In this document: one piece after another, positions 26,561 to 39,400 of the stretch
Numbering within the stretch: position 1 is the stretch's first letter
Layout of the letters: every line of letters begins with the position of its first letter
Assembly: GCA_030390025.1 (NCBI GenBank)
Contig: CM059440.1
Coordinates: 52,452,001 to 52,516,000, forward strand
Reading direction: 5' to 3'
DNA: 64,000 bases
From: Squalus acanthias
Lineage: Eukaryota
The notes under the pieces: model-generated
What the model was told of the DNA's origin: nothing
The model's input: the letters and a program-made list of their open reading frames with translations, nothing else
Databases searched by the model: none
Position numbers and translations under genes: made by a program

Positions 26561-27045
26561 CTGTGGTAGCGAGTTCCACATTCTCACCACTCTCTGGGTA
26601 AAGAGGTTTCCTCTGAATTCCCGATTTGATTTCTTGGTGACTATCTTAAAAGAAAAAGAAAGAATTTGGAATTTCTATAGCGCCTTTCACGACCACCGGT
26701 CGTCCCAAAGTGCTTTACAGCCAATGAAGCACTTTTTGAAGTGGAGTCACTGTTGGAATGTAGGAAACGTGGCAGCCAATTTGTGCACAGCAAGCTCCCA
26801 CAAACAGCAATGTGATAATGACCAGATCGTCTGTATTAGTGATGTTGATTGAGGGATAAATATTGGCCAGGACACCGGTAAAGGTATCTTATATGGATGC
26901 TCTCTAGTTTTACTCATCCCCACAAGTGGATACACTCTCTCTGTGTGTCTACTCTCTCAAAACTTCCCATAGATATAAGAACGGAGAGGTTATATCTATC
27001 AGGAATGATTGACCAGGCTGGATATCTTTTCTCTAGAAAAGAGAG

Positions 27046-30000
27046 TCTTCTTCTTAGGCAGTCCCTCGGAACCGAGGATGACTTGCTTCCACACTAAAAA
27101 TGAGTTCTCAGGTGACTGATGAGTCCAATGCGGGACCTACAGTCTCTGCCACAGGTGGGGCAGACGGTGGTTGAAGGCGCGGGTGGGTGGGGTCCTTGGG
27201 TTGACGTGCGCTCCTTCCGCTGTTTGCGCTTGGCTTCCGCTTGCTCCCGGCGAAGAGACTCAAGGTGTTCGGCGCCTTCCCGAATGCTTCTCCTTCACTT
27301 TGTGCGGTCTTGGGCCAGGGATTCCCAGGTGTCGGTGGGGATGTTGTACTTTTTCAAGGAGGCTTTGAGGGTGTCCTTGAAGCATTTCCCCTGCCCACCT
27401 GGGGCTCTCTTGCCGTGTCGGAGCTCCGAGTAGAGCGCTTGTTTTGGGAGTCTCGTATCGGGCATGCAGACGATGTGGCCCGTCCATCGGAGCTGATCGA
27501 GCGTGGTCAAAGCTTCGATGCTGGGGATGTTGGCCTGAGCGAGAACACTGACGTTGGTGCGCCTATCCTGCCAATGGATTTGCAGGATCTTGCGGAGGCA
27601 TCGTTGGTGGTACCTCTCCAGTGCTTTGAGGTGCCTGCTGTACATGGTCCATGTCTCTGAAGCATACAGGAGGGCGGGTATCACTACTGCTCTGTACACC
27701 ATGAGCTTGGTGCTGGGTTTGAGGTCCTGGTCTTCAAACACTCTCTTCCTCAGGCGACTGAAGGCTGCACTGGCACACTGAAGGCAGTGTTGGACTTCGT
27801 CGTCGACGTCTGCCCTTGTTGATAGTAGGCTCCCGAGGTATGGAAAGTGGTCCACCTTGTCCAAGGCCTCATCATGGATTTTGATAATCGGGGAGCAGTA
27901 CTGTGTGGCGGGGGCAGGTTGGTAGAGGACCTTTGCCTTACGGATGTTTAGTGTAAGGCCCATGCTGTCGTATGCTTTGGTGAAGGTGTTGCCGATGGAT
28001 TGGAGTTTGGCCTGAGAGTGTGCGCAGACGCAGGTGTCGTCTGCATACTGTAATTCGATGACAGAGGATGGGACGACCTTGGATCTGGACTGGAGGCGAC
28101 GGAGGTTGAACAGTTTCCCGTTTGTTCTGTTGATTAGCTCCACTCCAGCGGGGTGCTTACTGAGGGTGAGATGGAGCATTGCAGCCAGGAAGATCGAGAC
28201 GAGCGTTGGTGCGATGACACAGCCTTGCTTGACCCCGGTCCGTACATGAATTGGGTCTGTGGTGGATCCGTTGGTCAGGATCACGGCTTGCATGTCGCCG
28301 TGAAGCAGGCGGAGGATGGTGACAAACTTTTGAGGGCAGCCGAATTTGAGGAGGACACTCCATAATCCCTCACGGTTGACGGTGTCGAAGGCCTTTGTGA
28401 GGTCAAAGAAGGCCATGTACAGCGGTTGGTGCTGTTCCCTGCATTTCTCTTGCAGTTGACGCGCGGTGACGATCATGTCCATTGTGCCCCTAAGTGGGCA
28501 GAATCCACATTGCGACTCTGGGAGGAGCTCTTCAGCCACTGGGAGAAGGCGATTCAGGAGGATTCTTGCGATAACTTTCCCTGTGGCAGACAGCAGGGAG
28601 ACGCCTCTGTAATTACCGCAATCGGACTTGTCACCTTTCTTGAAGATGGTCACGATTACGGCGTCTCTGAGATCCCCTGGCATGCTCTCCTCCTTCCAAA
28701 TAAGAGAAATGAGTTCATGTATTCACACCAATAGTGCTTCTCCGCCATGTTTTAGCACCTCGGCGGGGATTCCATCTGCTCCTGAGGCCTTGTTGTTCTT
28801 CAGTTGTCGGATGGCCTTTTCAACCTCATGCCGGGCTGGGGTTGTGCTGAGGTGGTGGCGGGTAGCATGCTGCGGGATGGAGTTGAGGACACTCACGTCG
28901 AAGACAGAATCTTGGTTAAGGAGATCTTCGAATTGCTCCTTCCAGCGGGCACTGACTGGCTCTCTGTCCTTGATGAGTTCCTCTCCGTTCTTTGCCCGGA
29001 GTGGGGTAGGACCTTGGGTGCTTGAGCCGTAGGTGGTCTTGACTGCGCTAAAGAATCCACGCACGTCGTGGTTGTCGGCTAGCTGCTGGATCTCCTGCGC
29101 TTTCTCCACCCACCATCTGTTCTTTAGGTCGCGAGTTTTTTGTTGGACCTCGGCCTTCATGCGTCTGTAGAGCTGCTTTCTTTCTCTTGAGTTCTGTTGT
29201 TGTTTCCGGATCAGGAATGCCTTGCGCGTGCGACTTTTTAGCTCCTGGATCTCCTGGTTGTTCTCGTCGAACCAGTCTTGGTGTTTCCTGGTCGAGTGAC
29301 CGAGCGTCTCTTCACAGGTGCTGATTATGGAGGCCTTGAGTGCAGACCAGGTGCTGTGGACACTCTGTGTCTCTGAATCACTGGGAGTCGTCAGGTTGGT
29401 TGTGAGGCGCAGGCTGAATAGGACTTTCTTATCGGGGTCTTTGAGTGCTCCAGCGTTGAATTTCCTGCGGCATTGCTTCTGTTGCCACCGCTGTTTTGGG
29501 GCTACGTTGATGGAGATGACAGAGTGGATTAGGCGGTGGTCTGTCCAGCAGTCGTCAGCTCCTGTCATGGCACGGGTGATGCGGACGTCCTTGCGGTCCC
29601 TCGCTCGGACGATGACGTAGTCCAGCAGATGCCAGTGCTTGGAGCGAGGGTGTTGCCATGAAGCCTTGTACCTGTCTCTCTGACGGAACAAGGTGTTGGT
29701 TATGACAAGGCCAAGTTCTAAGCATTTCATCAGGAGGAGGGTACCATTGGAGTTGGCTTTCCCTACCCCCTCTCTGCTGATCACACCTCCCCAGAGGTCT
29801 GTGTCCTTTCCAACTCTGGCATTGAAGTCGCCAAGGAGGATCAGCTTGTCGCCCGTTGGGACTCGGGACAGGGATTGTTCGACGCTGGAGTAGAATTCCT
29901 CTTTGGTCTCGTCTGTGGCTTCCAGTGTTGGGGCATACGCACTGATGATTGTAGCGCACTGGTTCGAGGCTAGGGTGAGCCGTAGATTCATGAGGCATTC

Positions 30001-30560
30001 ATTTATTCCACAACTAGCTCATTTTTTATGGTGAAGCCTACCCCATGGAGGCGGCATTCTTCTTCAGGTTTGCCTTTCCAGAAGAAGGTGTAACCACCGC
30101 CTTGCTCCTTGAGCTGGCCTTCCCCTGCCCGCCGGGTCTCGCTTAGGGTTGTGATGTCTATGTCGAAACATCTGAGCTCCCAGATAACGATAGCAGTACG
30201 GCGTTCTGGTCTGTCGCTGTTGGGGTTGTCCATGAGGGTCCTGACGTTCCAGGTCCCGAACTTCATTTTAAAGGGTGGAAGATGCCTGTGCGTGAATTGT
30301 TTTAACGTGGGGTGGTCATTGCACACCACCAACACACGGGCTTGACAGAGAAAGGTCTTGGTCCAATGGCAAGGGGATCCAAGACGATTGGAGACCAGGC
30401 TCTGCTACATCGGCCTAGCACACACACACAAACATACTCCTACTGTCCTCCTCCCTCCTTCCCTCAGGTCCTCTCTACCTGGGTTTCATAGGCTGCAGTG
30501 TGGTTCTCCCGACCCCGCTTCTGGTCCAAGCTGCGCCACTCCTGGGCCTCGACCTCGCCC
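27046..30560 (-). mobile_element. RTE-clade LINE, near full length, few frameshifts
   Basis: EN ORFs 30003-30335 and 28723-29991, RT ORF 27295-28683 (462 aa, LQYADD), (GAA)n-like 3' tail at 27046-27055. Confidence 0.95.
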
Positions 30561-30785
30561 CTGGGCCTCGTCCTCGCTCCTGGGCCCCGTCCTCACTCCT
30601 GGGCCTCGTCCTCGCTCCTCAGCCTCAACCTCACTCCTGGGCCCCATCCTCACTCCTGGGCCTCGTCCTCGCTCCTCAGCCTCAACCTCACTCCTGGGCC
30701 CCATCCTCACTCCTGGGCCTTGTCCTCGCTCCTGGGTCCCGTCCTCACTCCTGGGCCTCGACCTCGCTCTTGGGTCCCGACCTCC
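30540..30785. repeat. Degenerate GC-rich tandem repeat (cctc.ctcctgggcc-based) at the RTE 5' end
   Basis: Repeated cctcactcctgggcc / cctcgctcctgggcc units; the first units are also present at 5800-5840 in the other RTE copy. Confidence 0.8.
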
Positions 30786-30793
30786 TTATAGCA

Positions 30794-31742
30794 TGTCTCC
30801 TTCCAGTGAGTGTGTCCCGCGGAGTGTCTCCTTCCAGTGAGTGTGTCCCGCGGAGTGTCTCCTTCCAGTGAGTGTGTCCCGCGGTGTGTCTCCTTCCAGT
30901 GAGTGTGTCCGCGATGTGTCTCCTTCCAGTGAGTGTGTCCCGCGGTGTCTCCTTCCAGTGAGTGGGTCCCGCGGTGTCTCCTTCCAGTGAGTGTGTCCCG
31001 CGGTGTCTCCTTCCAGTGAGTGTGTCCCGCGGTGTCTCCTTCCAGTGAGTGTGTCCCGCGGTGTCTCCTTCCAGTGAGTGTGTCCCGCGGTGTGTCTCCT
31101 CCCAGTGAGTGTGTCCCGCGGTGTCTCCTTCCAGTGAGTGTGTCCCGCGGTGTGTCTCCTCCCAGTGAGTGTGTCCCGCGGTGTCTCCTTCCAGTGTGTG
31201 TGTCCCGCGGTGTGTCTCCTTCCAGTGAGTGTGTCCCGCGGTGTGTCTCCTCCCAGTGAGTGTGTCCCGCGGTGTCTCCTTCCAGTGAGTGTGTCCCGCA
31301 GTGTCTCCTTCCAGTGAGTGTGTCCCGCGGTGTCTCCTTCCAGTGAGTGTGTCCCGCAGTGTGTCTCCTTCCAGTGAGTGTGTCCCGCGGTGTGTCTCCT
31401 TCCAGTGAGTGTGTCCCGCGGTGTCTCCTTCCAGTGAGTGTGTCCCGCGGTGTCTCCTTCCAGTGAGTGTGTCCCGCGGTGTCTCCTTCCAGTGAGTGTG
31501 TCCCGCGGTGTCTCCTTCCAGTGAGTGTGTCCCGCGGTGTCTCCTTCCAGTGAGTGTGTCCCGCGGTGTGTCTTCTTCCAGTGAGTGTGTCCCGCGGTGT
31601 CTCCTTCCAGTGAGTGTGTCCCGCGGTGTCTCCTTCCAGTGAGTGTGTCCCGCGGTGTCTCCTTCCAGTGAGTGTGTCCCACGGTGTCTCCTTCCAGTGA
31701 GTGTGTCCCGCGGTGTCTCCTTCCAGTGAGTGTATCCCGTGG
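30794..31742. repeat. Minisatellite, ~32 copies of gtgtctccttccagtgagtgtgtcccgcg (29 bp; 31-bp variant with extra gt)
   Basis: Head-to-tail, almost identical units visible directly; no spacers. Confidence 0.97.
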
Positions 31743-32278
31743 TGGCTAGACGCTACGATAAGTATGGCCAACCAAGGCAGAGCGGTTAGCAGCAAAGCCG
31801 ACACAATGTTGAATTATACAGCCCAAAAATGGTAGAATATAATTAAAATTTATAGTGCCTTTGTTCACCCAAACCTTGAATACTGCATCCCATTCTGGTC
31901 ACCCAGAAACAAGAGACAGCCAAATGCTGAAGGCGGTGTAGAGAAGAGCCACAAGACTGATTCTCAGGTGTCAGGGCTCTGAACTGAGGGGAAAGACTGG
32001 GTTTTTTCCCCACCAAGAAAGAGGCAGCTGAAAGATGATCTTATAGAGGCATATAGATTGCTACAGGTATAGAAAAAGTTAACCCAGAATGTGACTTTAA
32101 ATTAAGTTGCCGAAGTAGATCTAGAGGACACAGGTTCAGGCTAGTAAAAGGTAGTTTTAGGACAGGTATCAGGAAATTCATCTTCACACAGTGATCAACA
32201 TGTAGAATAAACTTCCAGAGAAAGTGGAGGCAAAAAACCTAGAATCACTAAACAATTGGATGGTACAATGGAAGTTGC

Positions 32279-32720
32279 TGTATAAACCGTATTTAACAGA
32301 TTCAAGGACCCATGAGTCAGTGACACAATGACAGATGTTTATTGACATTTGCCGGGCACTGAGACTACAAGTAAGTGATATATATCTATATGCTCACAAG
32401 TAGGAGGCCCATTGAGGACATATAAACAATACCTCTCATGTCGTTTGCAGCGCTGGAACTCAACTTGTGTTACAAATCACACATTTATACAGATTAGCAA
32501 ACAAGGATAGCTGAACTGAGTTCTGTTAGTTCCATCTTTGTATTTCCCTTTCAACTGCAGTCTTTTCCTCCCTTGTTCTAACCTTATCTGTAGCAGACGG
32601 TCCCAGTTCACTGTTCCCGAGGCGTCTTTTGCTTGTTTTCTTACATGGCTGCCATGAGCTGATTGTTGTACTTTTCCATCATCCCTAAACTAGGTTGACC
32701 CACAGTAACCCGAGCAATTC
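32279..32720 (-). mobile_element. Possible truncated LTR at the arm B breakpoint
   Basis: TG terminus at 32279, minus-strand AATAAA (32338-32343) downstream of minus-strand TATAAA (32484-32489); other end cut by duplicated sequence, no TSD visible. Confidence 0.3.
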
Positions 32721-35700
32721 TCAAGGCATTCACTCAATGCTTTCTCCTCAGGTCGAGGTATCCTAACTTAGCCATTTCCTATGCACACCTCATAACAGGG
32801 AAGACATTAGGATCTCTCTGAATGGGTGAATTAAGATGGGCTGATTGGCCTTCCTCATTCATAATCATCATGTGATAAGCAATATAGGGGAAGGATTCCT
32901 TGGTGTGCTGCATGCAAGAAAATTGTAATCGCATTCCCTTCCGACACCCTCCTCACGTTCCAGACAGGAAAAAGCTAAAAGCTTGCTGTCTAATAGGGTA
33001 TCGTGGCATAGTGGTTATGTTACTGGACTAGTAATCCAGTAGGCTTGGACTAATGATTCAGCGTCGACCTATATTCAAATCCCACCATGACAGCTGCGGA
33101 ATTTAAATTCAGTTAATAAAACAAATCTGGAATAAAAAGCTAATGTCAGTAATGGTGACTGTGAAACTACTAGATTGTCATAAAAACCCATCTGGCTCAC
33201 TAATGTCCTTTAGGGAAGGAAATCTGCTGGTCTGGCCAATAATGTGACCCACAGCACTGTCATTGACTCTTAACTGCCCTCTGAAATGATGGCCCACCAA
33301 CTTCTCTAGGGCAGTTAGAGATGGGCAATAAATGCTGGCCTTGCAGGTGATGCCCACATCCTGTGAATGAATTTTTAAAAAATCCCCCTCACCTAAAGTG
33401 TCCAACCTCTCTTTCTACTGCAGTCTTTCTTGCTTCTATTTTATCAATACTGCTATGGTCAGTGCTTCCCCGAATTTACCTCTCTTGTTCCTTATTAACT
33501 GCAAATTCACTGTCGTGCAAACTCTTCCTCCTCCCGGCATCTCCATTGTGTTGAAATCAAGATTGGTTTCACTGTTTTCCAACACTAATTCTTTCCCCAG
33601 GCCTCAAACCTGTCGAACTCCTCACGAACATCAGCCTTCTCTTCTGCCCACAATCTAAAAGGGACACTTTTATTTTTTATTTTACCTCCAATTTTCTCCT
33701 CTCCTGAAGGTTGTAACTCAAGTGTTGTGTGGTGCACAGGTGCCAACAGCTGTCTAGTTCATCACTCAGAGTCCAATCTTCAGTTCTGAGGCAGAGTGTA
33801 AACCCTTTACAGATGTTGATGGACCTGCCATGTGTTTTTGTGAATTTGTTTCAGATTTCCAGCATTTGCAGCTCTTTCTCTTTTTACTCTTCCCCACAAG
33901 TGGAAACACTCTTTCTGTGTCTACTCTATCAAAATCTTTCATAATTTTAAAGACCTCTATTAGGTCACCCCTCAGCCTTCTCTTTTCAAGAGAAAAGAGA
34001 CCCAGCCTGTTCATCCTTTCCTGATAGGTATAACCTGCTGTCAACCTTAAATTTGCGACTGACTGACTTCTGTTTCTCCACAGATGTTGCCTGACCTGCT
34101 GAGTAAGTCCTGCTTTTTTTTCATGACGAATTTTTAAGCCATGAACGAACAGTTAACAGCTCCCCAGGCACAGATGGAAAGCAAGAGGGCAAGTCACCCT
34201 GGACTGGTCTCAACCGCCACCTGCTGGTCATTTACAAAACAGTACTGACAGGACCCGTGAGCAGATTGCCTCTTTACTGTCTGGAACATAGGAACAGGAG
34301 GAGGCCATTCAGCCCCTCGAGCCTGTTCCGCCATTCAATGAGATCATGGCTGATCTGTGACTGAAAAGGTTGGCAGTGAGTATCCCAGTGTTTTTCTTTT
34401 CCATGATTAGCTGCTGTGAGTTCTGTATTGTTAGAAATTGGGATTCATGGAGTTACATCGAGTCTACAGCACAGAAACAGGCCATTCGGCCCAACTGCTC
34501 TATGCCGGTTTTTATGCTCCATGCGAGACTCCTCCCACCCAGAGGATTTTGAAGAATTATATTCATCACTGTGTGAGGATATGATTGTATGTTGGCCTCA
34601 GTCTGTGTTGCTTCAGGAGACAGATTTAACTGCAAAATGTATTCAGTTTCAAGGTTGAAATTCCATGAACCAAAGCTTGGAGTGGACAGTGCCAAAAACA
34701 GAGGGAAAAGCTAGAGTTTAAAAAAAATGGGAATATTCAACCACAACACACACGAAAGTGGAACCATGACACGAAAGTAGTAGAATGGGCAGTGCAGGGC
34801 ATTGGTTTCTTTCACACCATGACCAGTACCCCCCTTGCTCCCATCACGTGGTTCTTTCTCTCCTTCCGTTCTTTCATAAACTTCTCCCATCGGCTCGCCC
34901 TGGTTTGTAACTTCAGTTGCTGAGGATCCTTTTTGTGAGAATAGGCGCTCGTCTCGTGATTTATTTTGAACCACGTTGTTCTTGTGTCTCCTCCCAAGTT
35001 GTCAGCTTAAGAACATAAGAAATAGGAGCAGGAGTCGGCCACACGGCCCTTCGAGCCATTCAATATCACGGCCGATCTTCTACATCAACTCCACTTTCCC
35101 ACCCGATCCCCATATCCCTTGGTTCCTTTAGTGCCCAGAAATCTATACTCAACGACTGAGCATCCACAGCCCTCTGGGGTAGAGAATTCCAAAGATTCAC
35201 AAATTTCCAAATAAGTGCACCCGTTGTGTGGCTTGTATCGAAGAGGATGAGACAAGCTTGACTTTAGGTTGAACTTTTTGTTGGTTCCAGTAGTGGTTCT
35301 GGGGAACCGGTATGGAGTAACCACTTTAGTCTGGGTAGGGTTAGTAGTGCTGTGGGGTTTGCATCTTATAGGTGCATCAGAGTGCCATTTCACCCTTAAA
35401 CTTATAAGGTTCTTAATTTAAAGTCAGTTCTGTGTAGTGTTACAATGCAATCTTTTTAAAACAGTACTCTGCACTAATGCCATTCCTAGCCCACCCACTT
35501 TTACCCAAAAATAGGATCTGGGAGTAGCAATGGGTTAGAGCATGGTTCTTTGAGGTCATCTGATGGTACAGCTGACATAGCCAGTATATAACAGCCATAC
35601 TAAGAAGGCCCCAGGTTCAATTCCTAATTGGAGTAACGTGGTACAATTCTCTTAGTGCCCCAGATTGACGGGGAAGAATCAGACTCGGATGTGGTTTCTA

Positions 35701-36289
35701 GCTCCCAGTGTTTACTGTGTGTGGAACACTGATCCTCAAAACACCCTCAGTCAGTGTCTCAGCTCACAGACAATTGCCAGGAAATTCTTTGGGGTTTTTC
35801 ACCCCCCCCCACACACAGTGCCGCCTTAACTTCAGCAGCAGTCAGTTTACGTAGGAAAACAGGGTTTCCAAAGTGATGGCGGTGGAGCGGGAGAAGGCCT
35901 GAAGAAATTCACAGCGCAAGTGTTAAACTAAAGGAGGACAGGGTGCTAAAATAACTAAAGCAATTTTCGGAGACAATGACAAAAGAAGAAAATAGAATTA
36001 CATACAAAGCTTTATTGCATTAAGCTGTCCTGGTCCAGCAGAAGATGACCACTCCTGGTCCAGCAGAAGATGGACAAAAAACACGATTGTATTATATAAA
36101 TAGAGTTTGGAAGTTACAAATTAGAAAAGGGATCAATCAGATGGCACTTGTTATTCTGCATGTTGAAATTTAGTAGTGAGGGTTAAGAGGAAATGTCCAC
36201 ATTAGTAAAAAGTGGGTTGCGACAGTAAATATCGGTTTTCATGGCTGAAAGGGCAGCGTCCAATCACATGTATTTTCTTGAAAGATCCA

Positions 36290-36447
36290 TCACGAAATGC
36301 AGTGTTCATTTTGTTTCTCTCCATTTGCCAGTGAAACACGTTTCTTGCACACGGCTATGACTAGAATTACAATTATAAATGCAATAGCAAGGACAGTGAC
36401 TGCAAGCATCCAGCGATTTCTTGTAAGAACGTGATCAGTTTTCATTT
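36290..36447 (-). CDS. Copy B exon 4 (TM + tail)
   Basis: ORF 36290-36478: EMKTDHVLTRNRWMLAVTVLAIAFIIVILVIAVCKKRVSLANGEKQNEHCIS*. Confidence 0.88.
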
Positions 36448-39400
36448 CTGTGAAGAAAGGAAGAAAACTATTGATCATTACGGCAGTGGTTTCAGTGCTG
36501 GTTTGGTCTTCTATGCTAATACAGTTTAAAATACAATTACATTCTTAAATGTGGTTGTATGGTGAAAGTATTTTTAAATGTTGGAGAACACAGTAGTAGC
36601 CTAAACCAGAAACAAAGTGCATTGATATAGCACCTTTAATGTAGAAAAACATCCCAAGGTGCTTCACAGTAGCGTAATCAGCCAAAAAAAACACGTATTT
36701 ATACAGCACCTTTCACAACCCCAAAGCGCTTTACAGCCAATGAGGTACTACACTGTTGTAATGCAGGAAACGTGGCAGTCAATTTGTGCACAACAAGCTC
36801 CCACAAACAGTAATTAGATAATGACCAGATAATCTGGTGTTTTTTTTTCAAAAAGTGATGTTGGTTGAAGGATAATAATGATCAGGACACCGGGGAGAAC
36901 TCCCCTGCTCTTCGTAATAGTGCCATGGGATCTTTTACGTCCACCTGAGAGAGCAGACGGTGCCTCGGTTTAACGTCTCATCCGAAAGGCGGCACCTCCG
37001 ACAGTGCAGCACTCCCTCAGCACAGTGCTGGAGTGTCAGCCTAGATTTTTGTGCTCAAGTCTCGAGTTGGGCTTCAACCCACAACATTCTCCTACCTGAT
37101 GCAAGGCTGACACCTAAAAAGAGAGATATTAGAAGGGGTGACTAAAAGCTTGGTCAAAGAGGTGGATTTTAAGGAAAGTTTTAAAAAAGGGAGGAGAAAA
37201 GAGAGAGGTTTAGGGAGGGAATTCTGGAGCGCAAGCTATAGATGGCTGCCAGTGGCAGGGCGATGGCAGTAGGGAATTCACAAGATGCCAGAGTTGGAGC
37301 AATGCAGAGGTCTCAGAGGGTTGTAGGGCTAGAGAAGGGTACAGAGAGATTAGGAGGGACGAGGCCATGAAGGGTCTTAACCACAAGGATAAGAATTTTT
37401 AATTTGAGGCGTTGGTAGCCAGGAGCTAATGTAGGCCAGCGAGCACAGGGGGAGGGTTAGCAGATCATAGTGCAGGATAGGAGAAGGGCAGCAGGGTTTT
37501 GGATGAGCAGAAGTTTACATAGCGTGGAGGGTACAATACAGCATAGAGAGAGAACTTCTTATATCCTCTCCAAGGAGCGAGGGAGACATTAAGGAGAGTC
37601 TTCGCAAATATGGGAGCAGAATCCAAGTCACAAAAGGACTCGAGCTATAGAGAGTTAAAGGTATTTGGTAAGAAGTGTTGGGCACAAACGAGGAAACAGC
37701 TTTTGAGCAGCCGAGCAATGCAGCAGCTCCATTTGTGGTCTTGGGAGATAGTGAGGCCAAGAACATTGATAAGTCAAGAGAAGTGCAGGCCCATGAAAGT
37801 TAAAAAGGTGCAGCGGTTTATACTTGTGGAACCAGAAAGAAACTGGAACAGAAGTTTCTGAAGAACTGAAAGAAGATTTCCTTTACTTCAAATGGCATGG
37901 AGATCAAGATGTCGTGATTCAGCATTGTATCGCAAGACAACTGGAGGTTATGAGTACTGAGTGTAGGACACAACTTACCTACAGAAAGACCAAATGTTCG
38001 AGAAACTGATTGGTGTAGAACATCATTTCTTAATCTGAATGTGTAGTTCGAACTCCTGTTGGTGTCATTGATTTGCAGAATACTCTGCAGGGAGTATAGA
38101 CCATCTCCACTTTGTTGGTACGTAGTCTCAGACAGTGTAGAAATATCCTCATTTTCTTCATTGTACCAGGAAACAGTAGCCTCAGGGTAACCTTGGGACT
38201 CGAATCTGAACACTGTCCCGGATGGTGTTAACTGAATAAAAAAGTCAGGTTCCTTGTAGTATGCTGTAGATTTTACAAAAGGGTCATTAGAAACAAGAAA
38301 TAAACTTGATAAAAATGCCAACTTGGAATTTTGTTCCAGTTAATAACTAATTGAATATTGCAATAAAAGCTTTAAATGCTCAAAAACAACAAATCCAAGT
38401 ACAAACAGAATAGTAGATATTGCTGTTTGTGATCAATTTGGAGATATTCAAATCATTGTACCAAATGATCAAGTTGAAGGTGAAAATCCCACAATATCCT
38501 GCTGGCAGCTGTTCAGCCAAAATCATACGTAACCCTTGATGGTAAATATCAGTGGGCTTTTCACCTGTGAGGCCATCACAGTTCAGCCTGATCCTGGAGC
38601 CGTCCACAGGCAGGGCTTGCTGAATAGCAAATGGGAGTGCCAACCCTAACCGAGGTGTGTCGATTGCACCAATAGCACTGCTCCAGCGGAGAGGAGTTAA
38701 ACCAGCACATTCTGGACATCAAACATGGTCTGTACGGCTCAGGCACTCAATGGTGAGACTCACTGAGCCATCAGGGGAGGCCAAGAAGCATGACTTTAAT
38801 TTGCAGCACTGAGAACAAAAATGAAAACTGAAAGAAGCATGTACCTGCAAATATTAGAGACACAATGCCCTGGCCACTTCCTTTTGCATTCCTGACTAAG
38901 CACACATACTGTCCAGCATCCTCTGGTCTCACTCTGTCCAGCTTCACTGAAACGTTCCCTTGTTTTAACTCCTCTGGGAATAAGCTTGTCCTCCCCGAAT
39001 ACCGAGGGCTTTGGCGACTCAGTTGCTCTTTTCCAGAATAATAATAAACAACTTCCTCTGTCTCGACACGGTGCCAACTGATGAACAGCAGATCCAGTGA
39101 CGATTCACCCTGAGCTGTAAAGCTGCAACTCAGCACCGTGTACTGGCCGTAGACAGCAGTCACTGGTGCTTCTGGGGTGTGGACTTGAAACTGAGCTGTG
39201 AATTCAAACAAATAGATTAGTAACAGCATTGTTCCAAGAGATTTAATCTTAACTCTTCAGAATATTTTATTTTAAAAGGATGATAATACGAGATTTAATC
39301 TTGAACACAGGAAAGCACTAAGTAGTAATTATCCCCACAGCTGCATTTTCACTTCTCCAGAATGGTTGATATTTCCTGCTTTGATATTTTCTGTGATGTA

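Noticed and set aside
30707-31804. 365-aa and 298-aa His/Thr-rich ORFs; possible CRISPR-like array
   Set aside because: ORFs are translations of a stop-free minisatellite in alternative frames; units are contiguous with no unique spacers.
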